This document shows positions 1-11,187 of a DNA stretch of 64,000 nt, piece by piece. Where the stretch lies: NCBI GenBank assembly GCA_963793305.1, contig CAWBZV010000003.1:864001-928000 (forward strand). The letters are read 5' to 3'. Numbering within the stretch: position 1 is the first letter of the stretch; each line of letters opens with the position of its first letter. This stretch comes from an uncultured Gemmatimonadales bacterium (GTDB lineage: Bacteria > Gemmatimonadota > Gemmatimonadetes > Gemmatimonadales > Gemmatimonadaceae). The notes under the pieces were generated by a model that saw only the letters and a list, made by a program, of their open reading frames with translations, had not been told where the DNA came from and made no database searches. The translations under genes were made by a program, and so were the position numbers.

Positions 1-89
1 ATATCGAACATCGGCGTCACGAATTGCTGCTTGAGCGCTGGATCAGTTAAGTGCCGCTCCAGGGACATCCCCCGGAGCGAACTTTTCAT
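1..89 (-). CDS. 5' end of a probable UbiE/MenG-family methyltransferase (runs off window start)
   Basis: Manual translation MKSSLRGMSLERHLTDPALKQQFVTPMFDI resembles the K..V..MFD.IA N-terminus of UbiE/MenG; starts 1 nt after the tatA stop. Confidence 0.55.
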   Translation of the reverse strand, partial: MKSSLRGMSLERHLTDPALKQQFVTPMFD

Positions 90-90
90 C

Positions 91-366
91 TCAACCAATG
101 AGCCGGCGCGGCTCCCTGGTTGTCTGATCTCCCGCCGTTTCCGATCGCGTGGGCGCGGTGGTGTTCGTCGTATCCGCGCGACCCGCGTTCACCTGGTCCT
201 GCTGGGGCGCCTCATTGATCGCTTCTTTGACGCCCGACAAGCTGCCTTTGAACTCCCTGATTCCCTTGCCGAGGGAGCGGCCGAACTCAGGCAACCGCTT
301 GGCCCCGAAGAGCAAAAGGATGATCAACAGCAGGAGCAGAATTTTTTCGATACCGATCTCACCCAT
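91..366 (-). CDS. tatA: Twin-arginine translocase TatA/TatE subunit
   Basis: N-terminal TM followed by LLFGAKRLPEFGRSLGKGIREFK hinge/amphipathic motif. Confidence 0.95.
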   Translation of the reverse strand: MGEIGIEKILLLLLIILLLFGAKRLPEFGRSLGKGIREFKGSLSGVKEAINEAPQQDQVNAGRADTTNTTAPTRSETAGDQTTREPRRLIG

Positions 367-400
367 GACCGCCTTCCCGAAGTAGAGAGCGATCTGAAAC

Positions 401-619
401 TTACTTCGGGACGCCGGCCTCGCGGAACTGGGCCAATGCGCTGCGGGAGACGGAGATCATCCCGCCGCACTCCGGGCAGACATCAACGGTCACGTTGGGG
501 ACGCGAAGCCGAGTCCGGTTTACCGTGACGGTCCGCTGTTGGGTATGCGTACGAACGAGGGAATCGCAGTGGGGGCAGACGGCCGACTCTTGCCGGCGCG
601 CCATTGTCATCGAGGGCAT
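401..619 (-). CDS. Stand-alone YgiT/MqsA-type zinc-finger protein (72 aa)
   Basis: CPHC...VPNVTVDVCPECG pattern; AGGAG Shine-Dalgarno upstream. Confidence 0.75.
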   Translation of the reverse strand: MPSMTMARRQESAVCPHCDSLVRTHTQQRTVTVNRTRLRVPNVTVDVCPECGGMISVSRSALAQFREAGVPK

Positions 620-675
620 TTAGTTAACTCCTATTAGGTCTCGCACTGGGCACTACGTGCGATCGTACAAGAAAG

Positions 676-859
676 TTTTGTGGCTCGCTTCGCTTCGCCA
701 AAATCGAGGGGCCGGTCCCGCGTAATCTCCGGTCAAGTCTCCTAAACGCTTCGTCCAGCTTCGCCAGCCAAGTCGCTCACACGAACGCTTTGTCCAGCGT
801 CGCCCGTTCAGGGGTCCTTCCCCCCTCAACACTTTGGGCGAGCGAAGCGAAGCCCAAAG
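676..859. repeat. Inverted pair of REP-like hairpins enclosing a 21-nt direct repeat (REPIN-like or structured RNA)
   Basis: 676-703 TTTTGTGGCTCGCTTCGCTTCGCCAAAA vs 832-859 CTTTGGGCGAGCGAAGCGAAGCCCAAAG are imperfect inverted repeats; 745-765 and 784-804 match at 19/21. Confidence 0.6.
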
Positions 860-877
860 CATATTTTCACTCTATAA

Positions 878-894
878 GACGCCCGAAAGGCGTC
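878..894 (-). terminator. Hairpin just downstream of the lipoprotein gene, possible terminator
   Basis: GACGCC-CGAAA-GGCGTC stem-loop 8 nt after the stop at 902; weak U-tract. Confidence 0.35.
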
Positions 895-901
895 GAAGGT
901 T

Positions 902-1333
902 TTAGTCGGATTTCTCGCCCGGTGTTCCCGCCACCGCGTGCGTTTTCCCAGACAAATCGTCCGCACTCCACGTGTAGTTGCCAAACGTCATCGTGGAGTC
1001 GCTATCGCCAGCGTCAAAGATGACGGTGACGCTCTTGAGCGACGACTTATGCTGATAGTGCGCGACCGCATACTCGGCGACATGCCGGGCGAGCGTCGGC
1101 GGATCCGTCGTATCGCGCTGAACCGAATCGGGCTTGGTCGTATCGACCTTAGCCGGCGGAATGACGAGAATCAGGTGGCTCCTCCGGTCGACCGAGACCA
1201 TGATGGGCCGCCCAAACTCATGCGCGATATCCTTGCCGAGCGCCGAGACCTGCTTGACGGGCCGACAAGCAGCGAGCGCTAGCGTCACGCCAGAAATGGC
1301 GTTTATGGCGTTTCGAAAAGAGGATCTCCGCAT
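902..1333 (-). CDS. Hypothetical lipoprotein
   Basis: MRRSSFRNAINAISGVTLALAAC signal peptide with lipobox LAAC; ATG at 1333 preferred over the longer ORF. Confidence 0.6.
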   Translation of the reverse strand: MRRSSFRNAINAISGVTLALAACRPVKQVSALGKDIAHEFGRPIMVSVDRRSHLILVIPPAKVDTTKPDSVQRDTTDPPTLARHVAEYAVAHYQHKSSLKSVTVIFDAGDSDSTMTFGNYTWSADDLSGKTHAVAGTPGEKSD

Positions 1334-1488
1334 ACATTTGTGAGACGCACACCCGGTGCAGCGGCAACCGGGGAACATTTGTGTTCTTTGGAAAAAAATA
1401 CGCCGCCGAGGCTGCTCTTTGATTATCTTGTTCGCACTTGATGTCCGGCTTTTCCGTAGCCGGCACACCACTTAACCGGGTCCCCATA

Positions 1489-2407
1489 GTGAAGCATGCC
1501 AAGGCGACGGCCGGACACCTCACGCAACCGGCCGCCGGCGGGGATGTCCCAGGCGCGGACATCCTCGACTTGTACATTGAAGAATTACGTCGTACCCCCG
1601 TTATCTCCGCACAAGCCCAGAAGGATCTCGCCCGTCGCATGCGCAATCCGCGCGTCTCGACCGGCGATCGCGCGCGCGCGCGCGAGGAGTTGATCACCGC
1701 GAATCTCCGGTTCGCGTTTTCAGTCGCGAAGAAATACCAGAACCGCGGTCTCCCGCTCGATGATCTGATCAGCGAGGCGAACGCGGGCCTGTGCCGCGCC
1801 GCGGATAAGTATGATCCCGACGTCGGCGTGAATTTCATCAGCTACGCCGTGTGGTGGATCAAGCAAGCGATCCTGTCGTCCATCACCACCACGGGTCGCT
1901 CGGTCCGTCTGCCCCTGGGGCGCGCGGCCGATGTGGCGCGTCTCGGCAAGGCGCAAACCGCGCTTCGCCAGGCGCTCAATCGCGAGCCCACCGTCGACGA
2001 GGTCGCGCGCGTCTGTGGTCTGTCGGTCGAAATGGTGCAGAGCCTTTCGGCCCTCGCGTATCCGGAGCGGTCGCTCGATGAGCCGGTGTCGCGCAATGGG
2101 TCGGAAGATGGTGGCGCGACGCTGGCCAATTTCGTGGCCAGCGAAGATGACGATGGGCTGCCGCCCGGGTTCGATGAGCGGGCGCGCCGCGAGGCACTCT
2201 GGAGCGCGCTCGAAGAGTTGCCGCCGCGCGATCGCCGCATTCTTGGCGCTGTACTATGGCCTCGAGACCGGCGAGCCCCTGACGCTCGAAGAGATTGGTC
2301 AGATCTTCGGCGTGAGCCGCGAGCGGGTGCGTCAGCTCCGCGACCGCGCGCTGGCCCGTGTGCGCCGCGGCGTGGCCGCGTCTACGCTCCGGGATTGGGC
2401 GGCGTAA
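1489..2407 (+). CDS. RpoD/SigA-family sigma-70 factor lacking region 1.1; +1 frameshift near 2245
   Basis: Region 1.2 (LDLYIEEL), region 2 (ANLRFAFSVAKKYQNRGLPLDDLISEAN, FISYAVWWIKQAI); region 4 (LTLEEIGQIFGVSRERVRQL) is in the next frame, ending at 2407. Confidence 0.85.
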
Positions 2408-3845
2408 ACACAGATATTTCTCCGACGCTGTAGGCCTCCCGCATGTGCGCGCTCACGTCCTGGCGCACACGCGGGTCTGGCCCGGCGACAATCACATAAT
2501 CGTACTGCGCCAGGATCCGCTCCCAGTCGAGCGGCTCTCGGCGTTCCACAGGCCCGCCATCCCACCCCTGCGGGTCGTACAGACTGCCCGTCTCCTCGAA
2601 GTACGGCATGAAGCTCTCTTTCGGCCACCCGAACAACCCGGGCTCGCGGCCGCCGCGTTCGATCTGGTACCAGAACGCGAAATGCCGATACGGGAGCACG
2701 CGTGGTCCCCACCGCAGGTCGTCGGCAACGAGCGGCAGCACGTTCTTCGCCGGCGGGAGTTGGTTGAGGGCCGCCGCGTAGTCATCGAGCTCGTGATCGA
2801 TCGCGTGGTCCGAGCGCGCGAGTATCGCCGTGTTGATCAAACACGCGACGAGCAGCGTCATGACCATGCGGAGACTCACGGGTTTCGCGTTCGGACTCGT
2901 GAGAGTAAACGGCAACAACACCGCGGGCACGAGCCACCGCATATCGAGATACCCAGCGCCGGGCAGGTTCGCGGGAAAGACAAAGTACAACGCCAGAAAT
3001 GCCAGCACAGCGAGCCCCCACGTCGTCTTGAGCGAGGGCCGCGGATTCGTGCGCAGAAAGAGCCCGAGCGCGAGCACATAGGTTGCCGTCGCGACAACCG
3101 CCTGGGTGTATCCGAACACATAAAACGGCGTGAAGAGATTCCGGATCTTGGACCACGCCGTGCCGAAATGCGTGAACTTGTGCGTCCCCGGCGCGACGAT
3201 CGGCGTCAGCGCGGCCTGCAAGAGGAAAAACGCCACGAGCACCAGGGTGATGCCGATGACACCCTTCCAGCGTCCGTCGCGCCAGTTGAGCAGCATGTCG
3301 AGCCAGATGACGACGAGGACGATGAGCGGCGCCGAGAGGTGGAAGAGATACGCGACGATAATCCCGAGCGAGAGTCCGGCGAAGCGCGCTGGAGACAACG
3401 CGGCCCTATGCGGCCACCACGCCGCGAGCCACGCCAGCGCGATCCCGATGCCGATCGTGTAATTCATGAAGCCCACGTGGGTAAAAAACCCGAAGCCCAC
3501 GAGCACCCCCACGAGTGCCCAGCCGACGCTCTCCCGATTCACTGCCCGCAGCAGCAGGTAGAACCCGATCGGGATGGCCGTGACCACGAGCACGGCCGTC
3601 ACCCGCAGCGTCATCTCGGGCGAGAGCACCGTCGCCAGCGCGGCGCCGACGAGATCGAGGCCCAAGTACGGACTCGGGATCGCGTGCAGCCGCACGTACG
3701 GCGCTCCGTGTCCGGTCCACGCGTGGGCCATGAGCACCCACCGCGTGAGGTGATTGACCGAGTCCTCGAATGGGAAATTGTTACGGAGCGAAAGGGCCAC
3801 GCCGACGTTCGCGGCGAGGCCGACCAGGAAGGCGCCAAAAATCAA
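2382..3845 (-). CDS. Polytopic membrane protein, possible GT-C-fold glycosyltransferase
   Basis: About 11 hydrophobic segments; acidic motif after TM1 ([10 protein letters not shown]); soluble C-terminal domain; true start may lie further upstream. Confidence 0.55.
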   Translation of the reverse strand: MIFGAFLVGLAANVGVALSLRNNFPFEDSVNHLTRWVLMAHAWTGHGAPYVRLHAIPSPYLGLDLVGAALATVLSPEMTLRVTAVLVVTAIPIGFYLLLRAVNRESVGWALVGVLVGFGFFTHVGFMNYTIGIGIALAWLAAWWPHRAALSPARFAGLSLGIIVAYLFHLSAPLIVLVVIWLDMLLNWRDGRWKGVIGITLVLVAFFLLQAALTPIVAPGTHKFTHFGTAWSKIRNLFTPFYVFGYTQAVVATATYVLALGLFLRTNPRPSLKTTWGLAVLAFLALYFVFPANLPGAGYLDMRWLVPAVLLPFTLTSPNAKPVSLRMVMTLLVACLINTAILARSDHAIDHELDDYAAALNQLPPAKNVLPLVADDLRWGPRVLPYRHFAFWYQIERGGREPGLFGWPKESFMPYFEETGSLYDPQGWDGGPVERREPLDWERILAQYDYVIVAGPDPRVRQDVSAHMREAYSVGEISVFTPPNPGA

Positions 3846-4017
3846 ACGGCGCTTCGCTTCGCTCGCGCTAACGGCCGCGCTGGACGTGGACGTTCTCGCC
3901 TCGCTGGCGTTGATCGCGGTTGCGTTCGCTGACGCAGAGGTTCCAGTCAGTTCGCCTGTGGTTAATCATACGGCGGGGAAACAGTTGCAAGAGTCGAGCT
4001 TGTTCGTCCCAAAACAG

Positions 4018-5736
4018 ATGACCTCCGACAATAGCGGACTCAAGCGCTCGCGATCGATCGCCGAGCGACTGTGGATCGGGTTCGCGGGTCTCCTCGTGCT
4101 CTTGCTCGCGGCGGGCGCGATCGGCTGGTCAGCGCTCCATTACCTATCCATTGCCGTCAAAGACTCGGTGTCGGGCGTCCAAAGCGACGCCCAGCTCGCT
4201 TCGCGCCTTTCGAGCGACGTCGCGCGCGAAGTCGATGCCGCCGGCCGGCTGCTCGACACGCAAGGCGACTCGGTGGCGGCCGAGTACCGGTCGCTGAGCG
4301 AGAACGCGCACGCGATACAGCACGAGATGACGACGCGCCACGATCAGACCGCGGTCGAAGTGGCGCTCCTGGCCGATGTCGATGCCAAGCTTTCCCAGCT
4401 CGAGGTGCGTTTCTCGCTCGCCCACGTCCTCCACGCGCTCGGCCGGGCCGATGCCGCGGTCACCGAGCGCTCAGCCGCCCGCCCGCTCGTCCGCGCCGTG
4501 CTCGATGACCTGGATCGCCTCGCCCAACTCAAGGCCACGCGCGAGCGCGAGCAATCGGTCCGCTTGGGCGATGACGCCGCTCGCCGCGCTTTTCTTTTCG
4601 TGCTCGCCATTCTCGCCGCGATGGCGCTCTCGCTCCTGGTCGTCCGCGGCACGGTGCGCGGCATAGCGGGTCCGCTCCAGCAGCTCCTCGCGCACGCACA
4701 GCACCTGAGCGACGGCGACCTGACCTCACGCACAACTACCTCGCTGCCCGGCGAGTTCGAGACGCTGGCCACGGCCCTCAACCAGTCGGCCGAGTCGCTG
4801 GCGAAGGTCGTCGGTGTCGCCACCGCGACGGCCGAGAGCGTGGCCAAGTCCGCACATGATCTCACCACGGTGGCCGAGCAGATCTCGAACGCGGCGTCGC
4901 AGACGGCCGACTCGATGGGCGAAGTCACCGCGGGCGCCACGAGTCAGGTCGAGGCGCTGCACCGCATCGACGCGCTGCTCAAGGGTGTCACGGAGCGGAC
5001 CACGGGCGTGCGTACAGGCATCGAAGAAGTCACTCAGATGGCTGCCGATGTCGCAAACTCCGCCACGGCGAAACGTGAAGAGGTCGAGCGCGCGCTCGGC
5101 ATCCTCAAGGACGTGCGCGATACCGTCCAGCAGGCCGCCACCGAGGTCTCCGCGCTCACGGCGAGCACAGATGATGTGAACCGGTTCGCGGGCCTCGTGC
5201 GCGGGATCGCGGACCAAACGAATCTCTTGGCGCTCAACGCCGCCATCGAGGCCGCCCGCGCCGGTGATGCTGGCCGCGGGTTCAGAGTCGTCGCCGACGA
5301 AGTCCGCGCGCTCGCCACGCAGGCCAGACAGGCAGCCGAAGACATTGCCCGCACGACGGGCGACGTCAGCGCGCGCGTCGTTGGCGTATCCCGCGCGATG
5401 GAAATAGGCGTGTCACGCGTAGCCGAGATCGCCAAAGTCACGCGCGATATCGACGCCGCCCTCGCCACCGTCGGCGAGTTCGCCGGCCGCACCCGCGCCG
5501 CCGCCAACGGCGTCACCGAGGCCGCCGGCCAGAGCATGGCCGCGGTCCAGGAAGCCGCACTCGGCCTGGGCTCGATCGCCCGCACGGCCGAGGGTTACGC
5601 CGCGGCTGCCCAGGAAGTCAGTGCCTCGACCCAAGAACAGAGCGCCGCCTGCGAGCAGATGACCTCGGCCTCGGCCGAGCTGCTCGATGGCAGCACACAA
5701 CTCCGCCAGATCGTTCGCACACTCCGCGTCGCGTGA
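4018..5736 (+). CDS. Methyl-accepting chemotaxis protein
   Basis: Two TMs, HAMP domain, hairpin tip [37 protein letters not shown]. Confidence 0.95.
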   Translation: MTSDNSGLKRSRSIAERLWIGFAGLLVLLLAAGAIGWSALHYLSIAVKDSVSGVQSDAQLASRLSSDVAREVDAAGRLLDTQGDSVAAEYRSLSENAHAIQHEMTTRHDQTAVEVALLADVDAKLSQLEVRFSLAHVLHALGRADAAVTERSAARPLVRAVLDDLDRLAQLKATREREQSVRLGDDAARRAFLFVLAILAAMALSLLVVRGTVRGIAGPLQQLLAHAQHLSDGDLTSRTTTSLPGEFETLATALNQSAESLAKVVGVATATAESVAKSAHDLTTVAEQISNAASQTADSMGEVTAGATSQVEALHRIDALLKGVTERTTGVRTGIEEVTQMAADVANSATAKREEVERALGILKDVRDTVQQAATEVSALTASTDDVNRFAGLVRGIADQTNLLALNAAIEAARAGDAGRGFRVVADEVRALATQARQAAEDIARTTGDVSARVVGVSRAMEIGVSRVAEIAKVTRDIDAALATVGEFAGRTRAAANGVTEAAGQSMAAVQEAALGLGSIARTAEGYAAAAQEVSASTQEQSAACEQMTSASAELLDGSTQLRQIVRTLRVA

Positions 5737-6389
5737 TGATCGTACTGTTGCAGGACCCCTCCGGTAACGCCGCCGCGCAGGTGCATCAGATTCTCGGGAC
5801 AGCCGTCCCGAATGTGTGGGTGACCGCGGGTATCACCGTGGGCCTGCTCGCGCTCGTGAGCTACCTGCTGCGCGTGCCGCACCAGTATCCCCTGCGGGGC
5901 GCGGTCATGGCGCTCACGACACTCGCATTCCTCTGCTGCGGCATTGTCCTCGGCATGCAGATCTGGGGCATAGTCCAACAGAAACTGCCCGACGTGCAGA
6001 ACGTGAAGGCCGATATCAAAGCGGTGGAGCAGCACCAGGTCGACAAGCAACCGGTGGGTGCGCTCAGTACGTACGTGCCGCCAATGCCGGGCACGGACTC
6101 CGCGACGAGTCACGTGCAGCCATCGATGAACGGCTTACCCTCGGGTACCGTCTGGGACGAGTACACAAATCAGTCGATCGCCGAGGTCGTGAAGTACTAC
6201 GCCGACGAAGAGAATCGCCCCGGGTGGCAGGTCGAGTTCTCGGCCCCGAACGGCATGGTCTTGCGCCGCGTCATCACCGCGATGGGACAACCCGAGGAAG
6301 AGCGCCTGCGCGTCCTCGCACGGCCCAATATCGACCGGCACGGCAAGAAGACCGAGATCGAGTTCGAGCTCACGAGGCGATTGAAATGA
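5733..6389 (+). CDS. Hypothetical membrane protein
   Basis: Two N-terminal TMs plus a soluble domain; 4-nt overlap with the MCP stop. Confidence 0.65.
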   Translation: MMIVLLQDPSGNAAAQVHQILGTAVPNVWVTAGITVGLLALVSYLLRVPHQYPLRGAVMALTTLAFLCCGIVLGMQIWGIVQQKLPDVQNVKADIKAVEQHQVDKQPVGALSTYVPPMPGTDSATSHVQPSMNGLPSGTVWDEYTNQSIAEVVKYYADEENRPGWQVEFSAPNGMVLRRVITAMGQPEEERLRVLARPNIDRHGKKTEIEFELTRRLK

Positions 6390-6563
6390 AAAAAACCTGG
6401 CCGTTGCTGCTCGAGTTTCGATCCGGGCAGCCATAGTATCAACGGAAAAGTGCGCGACTCGTCCTCGACGCTCTTCCACCATCGCTCGATTCGGCTCGAG
6501 TTCGTGTTCGACGAGCAGGGCAGACTTCGTCAGCGGACGATCAGGAGCGGCGCCAAAGGGTAG
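6386..6563 (+). CDS. Possible small protein (~58 aa) with a +1 frameshift near 6416
   Basis: ATGA-coupled to the upstream gene; removing one T from GAGTTTCGAT gives [58 protein letters not shown]. Confidence 0.3.
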
Positions 6564-6582
6564 TAATTATACTTGGGCCCAC

Positions 6583-9483
6583 ATGCGAATCCTTTCGATG
6601 TGGGCCCTCGTCGCTTGGGCGTCTGTCGCACAAGCGCAACCAAAAATGCAGTGGCGCCTCGTGGGTCCATTCCGAGGCGGACGCGCGCTAGTCATTGAGG
6701 GGATCGCCGGCGATCCCGCGACGTTTTATTTCGGTGGCGTTGCCGGCGGTGTCTGGCGAAGTGGAAACGCCGGCCGCACGTGGGACGCAATAACCGACGG
6801 GCAAACATTCGCGTCGATCGGCGCGCTGGCCTTGGCTCCTTCCGACCCGCACGTGATGTACGTCGGCGCGGGCGAAGCCGACATGCGGTCGGACATCACG
6901 TATGGCAACGGGATGTGGAAGTCGGCCGACGCCGGCCATAGCTGGACGCACCTAGGCCTCGACTCGACGCGACAGATCGCGCGCATTCTCGTCGATCCGC
7001 GCGATCCCAACACGCTCTTGGTTGCCGCGCTCGGCCACGCGTACGGGCCGAACGCTGATCGCGGGGTGTATCGCTCGACGGACGGCGGGCAGACGTGGCA
7101 GAAAGTGTTGTATCGGAACGAGCGCACCGGCGCGATCGATCTCGCGTGGGACCCGAAAGACCCGCACACCGTGTACGCCGCCCTCTGGGAGGCGCACCGG
7201 CCGCCGTGGAGCCAGTACCCACCAATCGAAGGTCCTGGCGGCGGCGTCTTCAAGTCGACCGACGAAGGGCTCACGTGGACCGAGCTCTCGGGGTTGCCCA
7301 AGGATGGGGGACGGATTGGGCTGGCGACGGTGCAGGGTGTGGTCTACGCCATCTGCGAGGGCAAGGGCCTGTTTCGCTCGGACGATGGCGGCGCCACGTG
7401 GCGGCAGACGAGTACGGACCCGCGCCTGGGCCGCGGATGGTATTTCGGCCAGGTGTTCGTCGACCCGTCGAATCCGGACGTCGTCTACGCGCCGAACGTC
7501 GCGATCCTCCGGTCGACCGACGGTGGCAAGACGTTCACGGCGATCAAGGGCAATCCGGGCGGCGACGACTATCACTATATGTGGATCGACCCCACGAGCT
7601 CGAAACATGTCGCGTTCGCCAGTGACCAGGGCGTGGGGGTGAGCTTCGACTACGGCGCGACGTGGAGCGAGTGGTTCAACCAGCCGACCGCCCAGTTCTA
7701 TCATGTGATCACCGACAATCGGTGGCCGTACTGGATCTACGGCGCCCAGCAGGACGCGGGCAGCATGGGCGTCGTGAGCCGAAGCGACTACGGCACCATC
7801 ACGTACCGCGACTGGATGCTGCCGGGCGCGGGCGAGAGCGGCATGATCGCGCTCGATCCGCTCGACTCGAACATCATCTATGGCGGCAACACCTACGGCG
7901 GGTTGCTGCGCTTCGACCGCACGACGAACGTGACGCAGGACATCCAGCCGTGGCCGCGCGACGCGTTCGATGTGCCGATCGACAAGCGCCGCTACCGGTT
8001 CACGTGGACCTCGCCGCTCGTGTTCGATCCGATCGACAAGCGCACGTTGTATTTCGGGTCGCAGCGTCTCTTGAAGACGACCGACGGCGGGCTCTCCTGG
8101 CAGTTCGCGAGCCCCGCTCTCACACGCTCGGACTCCGGTGTCATCTATGCCCTCGCCCCCTCGCCCAAGCGTGAGGGCATCATCTGGGCGGGCGCGGACG
8201 ACGGAAGGATTCAAGTCACGCTGGACCGGGGACTCCATTGGCGCAATGTCACGCCACCGGACTTGGCGCCCTGGAGCAAAGCCAGCATCATCGACGCCTC
8301 TCCACTCGACTCGGCGACCGCGTACGTCGCGATCGATCGCCACCGCCTCGATGATATCGCGCCCTACATCTATCGGACGCACGACCTCGGCGCGCACTGG
8401 AGTCGTGCCGATCAGGGTATCCCGTTCGGCGCCTACGTGCGTGCCGTGCGCGCGGATCCCGTGCGCAAAGGCCTGCTCTACGCCGGCACGGAGCTGGGCG
8501 TCTATGTCTCGTACGACGACGGCGATCACTGGCAGTCGTTGCAGCTGAATCTCCCGCTGTCGCCGATTCACGATCTGGTCGTGCACGATGGCGATCTCAT
8601 CGTCGCGACCCATGGGCGTTCGTTCTGGGTGCTCGACGACCTCTCGCCGCTCCGGGACAACGCGCGCGGCGACGTGCACCTATTCGCCCCAGCGCGCGCG
8701 GTTCGCGTGCGACGCAGCGTGAACCAGGATACGCCGCTGCCGCCCGAGACGCCGCACGGCGACAATCCGCCCGCCGGCGCGATCATCGACTACTATCTCG
8801 CCTCTCACCCGAGCGCACCGATCGCTCTCGACATTCTCGATCGCCAAGGGACCGTCGTGCGCCACTTCGCCAGCGATCAGCTGGGCGATGACTCGACGGT
8901 CAGCTCGCCGAAGCACCCGCCGTCGTTCACGAGCGACTGGCTCCCGCGTCCGGTGATCCTGCCGGCCGACTCCGGGATCAATCGGTTCGTGTGGGACCTA
9001 CGTTATCCTCGTCCCCCCGCGTCCGAGCACGAGTACAGCATCTCAGCCATCCCCGGCGCCGGCACTGTCGCCGACCCCGAAGGACCATTCGTCGTGCCCG
9101 GCACCTATCAGGTGCGCCTGACGGTCAACGGCGTCACCCACACGCAGCCGCTGCGCGTGGTCCTCGATCCTCGCTTGCGCCTCGCGCCAACGGTGCTCGC
9201 CACGCAACTCGCGGTCGCCAAGCGCATTTGGAACGCGATGGCCCAAGCCGATGCACTTTCTCACGCGGTCGGCGACAGCGCCATGCAGTCCGTGCACGCC
9301 GACGGGATCGCGGGCGGCCTCGCGAAGCTCATGACGATGGTCGAGAGCGCCGACCGGCCGACGCCGACGCCGGTGCTCGAAGCGCTCACCGATTTCCAGG
9401 CGCAACTCACGGCGGCAGTCGCCAAACTCCATGCGCAGATCACACCGCGCACCTTGACATCGCGTCACGAAAAGAGAAACTAG
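6583..9483 (+). CDS. Secreted BNR/Asp-box (VPS10/sortilin-like) beta-propeller, putative glycosyl hydrolase
   Basis: Signal peptide, WRLVGPFRGGR start, many SxDGGxTW Asp-box repeats, ATHGRSFWVLDD. Confidence 0.9.
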   Translation: MRILSMWALVAWASVAQAQPKMQWRLVGPFRGGRALVIEGIAGDPATFYFGGVAGGVWRSGNAGRTWDAITDGQTFASIGALALAPSDPHVMYVGAGEADMRSDITYGNGMWKSADAGHSWTHLGLDSTRQIARILVDPRDPNTLLVAALGHAYGPNADRGVYRSTDGGQTWQKVLYRNERTGAIDLAWDPKDPHTVYAALWEAHRPPWSQYPPIEGPGGGVFKSTDEGLTWTELSGLPKDGGRIGLATVQGVVYAICEGKGLFRSDDGGATWRQTSTDPRLGRGWYFGQVFVDPSNPDVVYAPNVAILRSTDGGKTFTAIKGNPGGDDYHYMWIDPTSSKHVAFASDQGVGVSFDYGATWSEWFNQPTAQFYHVITDNRWPYWIYGAQQDAGSMGVVSRSDYGTITYRDWMLPGAGESGMIALDPLDSNIIYGGNTYGGLLRFDRTTNVTQDIQPWPRDAFDVPIDKRRYRFTWTSPLVFDPIDKRTLYFGSQRLLKTTDGGLSWQFASPALTRSDSGVIYALAPSPKREGIIWAGADDGRIQVTLDRGLHWRNVTPPDLAPWSKASIIDASPLDSATAYVAIDRHRLDDIAPYIYRTHDLGAHWSRADQGIPFGAYVRAVRADPVRKGLLYAGTELGVYVSYDDGDHWQSLQLNLPLSPIHDLVVHDGDLIVATHGRSFWVLDDLSPLRDNARGDVHLFAPARAVRVRRSVNQDTPLPPETPHGDNPPAGAIIDYYLASHPSAPIALDILDRQGTVVRHFASDQLGDDSTVSSPKHPPSFTSDWLPRPVILPADSGINRFVWDLRYPRPPASEHEYSISAIPGAGTVADPEGPFVVPGTYQVRLTVNGVTHTQPLRVVLDPRLRLAPTVLATQLAVAKRIWNAMAQADALSHAVGDSAMQSVHADGIAGGLAKLMTMVESADRPTPTPVLEALTDFQAQLTAAVAKLHAQITPRTLTSRHEKRN

Positions 9484-9587
9484 GCACGTAGCGTGACGCA
9501 GAATTGAGAATGTCGGCGGGTGGGCGCACCGGGGTGCCCGCCGCCGCTTCTTGTCCGCTCCGCACACTCGTAGTATCGTGGAGGGCT

Positions 9588-11183
9588 ATGACACCGCCCT
9601 CCTACGACGTTGCCATTATCGGCGCCGGCCACAACGCCCTCGTCACCGCTGCCTATCTCGCGCGCGCCGGCCTCCGCGTGATCGTGCTCGAGCGCCGCGA
9701 CGTGATCGGTGGCGCGTGCGTCTCCGAAGAAATCTGGCCGGGATACAAAGTCTCGACCGCATCCTACGTCAACAGTTTGTTGCGCCCGGAGATCATTCGC
9801 GATCTCGATCTCAAATCGCACGGATTCGAGATGATCCCGCGAAATCCGTCGTCCTTCTCGCCGTTCCCCGACGGTCGCTATCTCATGCTCGGCCCCGACA
9901 AGGCCGCGACGTATAACGAGATCGCGAAATTCTCGGCCAAGGACGCCGAGGCGCTGCCAAAATACGAGGCGATGCTCGAACGCGTGGCGGACTTCATCGA
10001 GCCGACGCTCACGATGACGCCGCCGGATCCCTGGTCGTTCGCGCCCGAGAATCTCTTCAAGCTCGCCAAACTTGGCTGGGGGTTCGCCAAGCTCGGCACA
10101 CACGGCGTGGAAGCAGTGGACGTCCTCACCGGCGCCGCACGGCCCATTCTCGACCGGTGGTTCGAATCCGAGCAGCTCAAGGTCACGCTGGCTACCGATG
10201 CGGTTATCGGCGCCAAGGCCTCACCCTCGATGCCCGGGACCGCCTACGTGCTGTTCCATCACGTCATGGGCGAGACCAACGGCGTGCGCGGCGTCTGGGG
10301 CTATGTGCGCGGCGGCATGGGCGGCATATCGAATAGCATCGCCTCCGCGGCCCGCGCGGCGGGCGCCGAGATCCGGACCAACGCCAAGGTCGCGCAAATC
10401 GTCATTCGCGAGAATCGCGTGCAGGGTGTCGTGCTCGAAGACGGCACCGAGATCACCGCTACGCGCGTGGCGTCAGGCGCCGACGCACACGTGACCTTCG
10501 AGCGCCTGGTCGATCGCAAAGACCTGCCGGACGATTTCGCGAGCGCCGTCTCCAACATCGACTACTCGAGCGCGAGCCTCAAGATCAACGTGGCGCTATC
10601 CGAGCTGCCGGATTTCACGGCGTGCCGCGGCACCGCGCCCGGGCCGCAGCATCGCGGCACCATCCACATCTGCCCGACGCTCGACTACATCGAAGAGGCG
10701 TACGACGACGTCAAGTACGACCGGCCGTCGCGGAGTCCCATTCTCGAATGCACGATTCCCTCGGTGCTCGACAACACCGTCGCGCCGCCCGGCAAGCATC
10801 TCATGTCGATGTTTATCCAGTACTTCCCGTACAAGCTTCGCAATGGCCAGTCCGTCGATCAGGCGAAGAATGCGTTCGCCGATCGGTGCTTCGACATCCT
10901 GAGCGAATATGCGCCCAACTTCAAGCGCGCGGTCATCGATCGGCAGGTGCTGGCGCCGGTCGACATCGAGCAGCGCTATGGGTTGACCGGGGGGAACATC
11001 ATGCAAGGCGCCATGGCGCTCAACTCCCTCTTCTTCATGCGCCCCGTGGGCGGATACGCCAACTATCGCACTCCGGTCAAGAATCTCTATCTCTGTGGCG
11101 CGGCCACGCATCCGGGCGGCGGCGTCATGGGAGCGTGCGGATATAACGCCGCCCGCGAGATCCTGAAAGACGCGCGGCGGTGA
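9588..11183 (+). CDS. Phytoene-dehydrogenase-like FAD oxidoreductase (PYROXD2/COG1233 type)
   Basis: GAGHNALV dinucleotide-binding motif; VRGGMGGIS; C-terminal NLYLCGAATHPGGGVMG. Confidence 0.9.
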   Translation: MTPPSYDVAIIGAGHNALVTAAYLARAGLRVIVLERRDVIGGACVSEEIWPGYKVSTASYVNSLLRPEIIRDLDLKSHGFEMIPRNPSSFSPFPDGRYLMLGPDKAATYNEIAKFSAKDAEALPKYEAMLERVADFIEPTLTMTPPDPWSFAPENLFKLAKLGWGFAKLGTHGVEAVDVLTGAARPILDRWFESEQLKVTLATDAVIGAKASPSMPGTAYVLFHHVMGETNGVRGVWGYVRGGMGGISNSIASAARAAGAEIRTNAKVAQIVIRENRVQGVVLEDGTEITATRVASGADAHVTFERLVDRKDLPDDFASAVSNIDYSSASLKINVALSELPDFTACRGTAPGPQHRGTIHICPTLDYIEEAYDDVKYDRPSRSPILECTIPSVLDNTVAPPGKHLMSMFIQYFPYKLRNGQSVDQAKNAFADRCFDILSEYAPNFKRAVIDRQVLAPVDIEQRYGLTGGNIMQGAMALNSLFFMRPVGGYANYRTPVKNLYLCGAATHPGGGVMGACGYNAAREILKDARR

Positions 11184-11187
11184 CGCT

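Noticed and set aside
1334..1386. ACATTTGTG direct repeat and GAACA-N4-TGTTC palindrome upstream of the sigma gene as a LexA/CRP site
   Set aside because: Spacing does not fit known LexA or CRP consensus, and the motif is too short to support without comparative data
2230..2260. Programmed frameshift or split sigma factor
   Set aside because: No slippery sequence or stimulatory structure, and the same +1 pattern recurs in many unrelated genes
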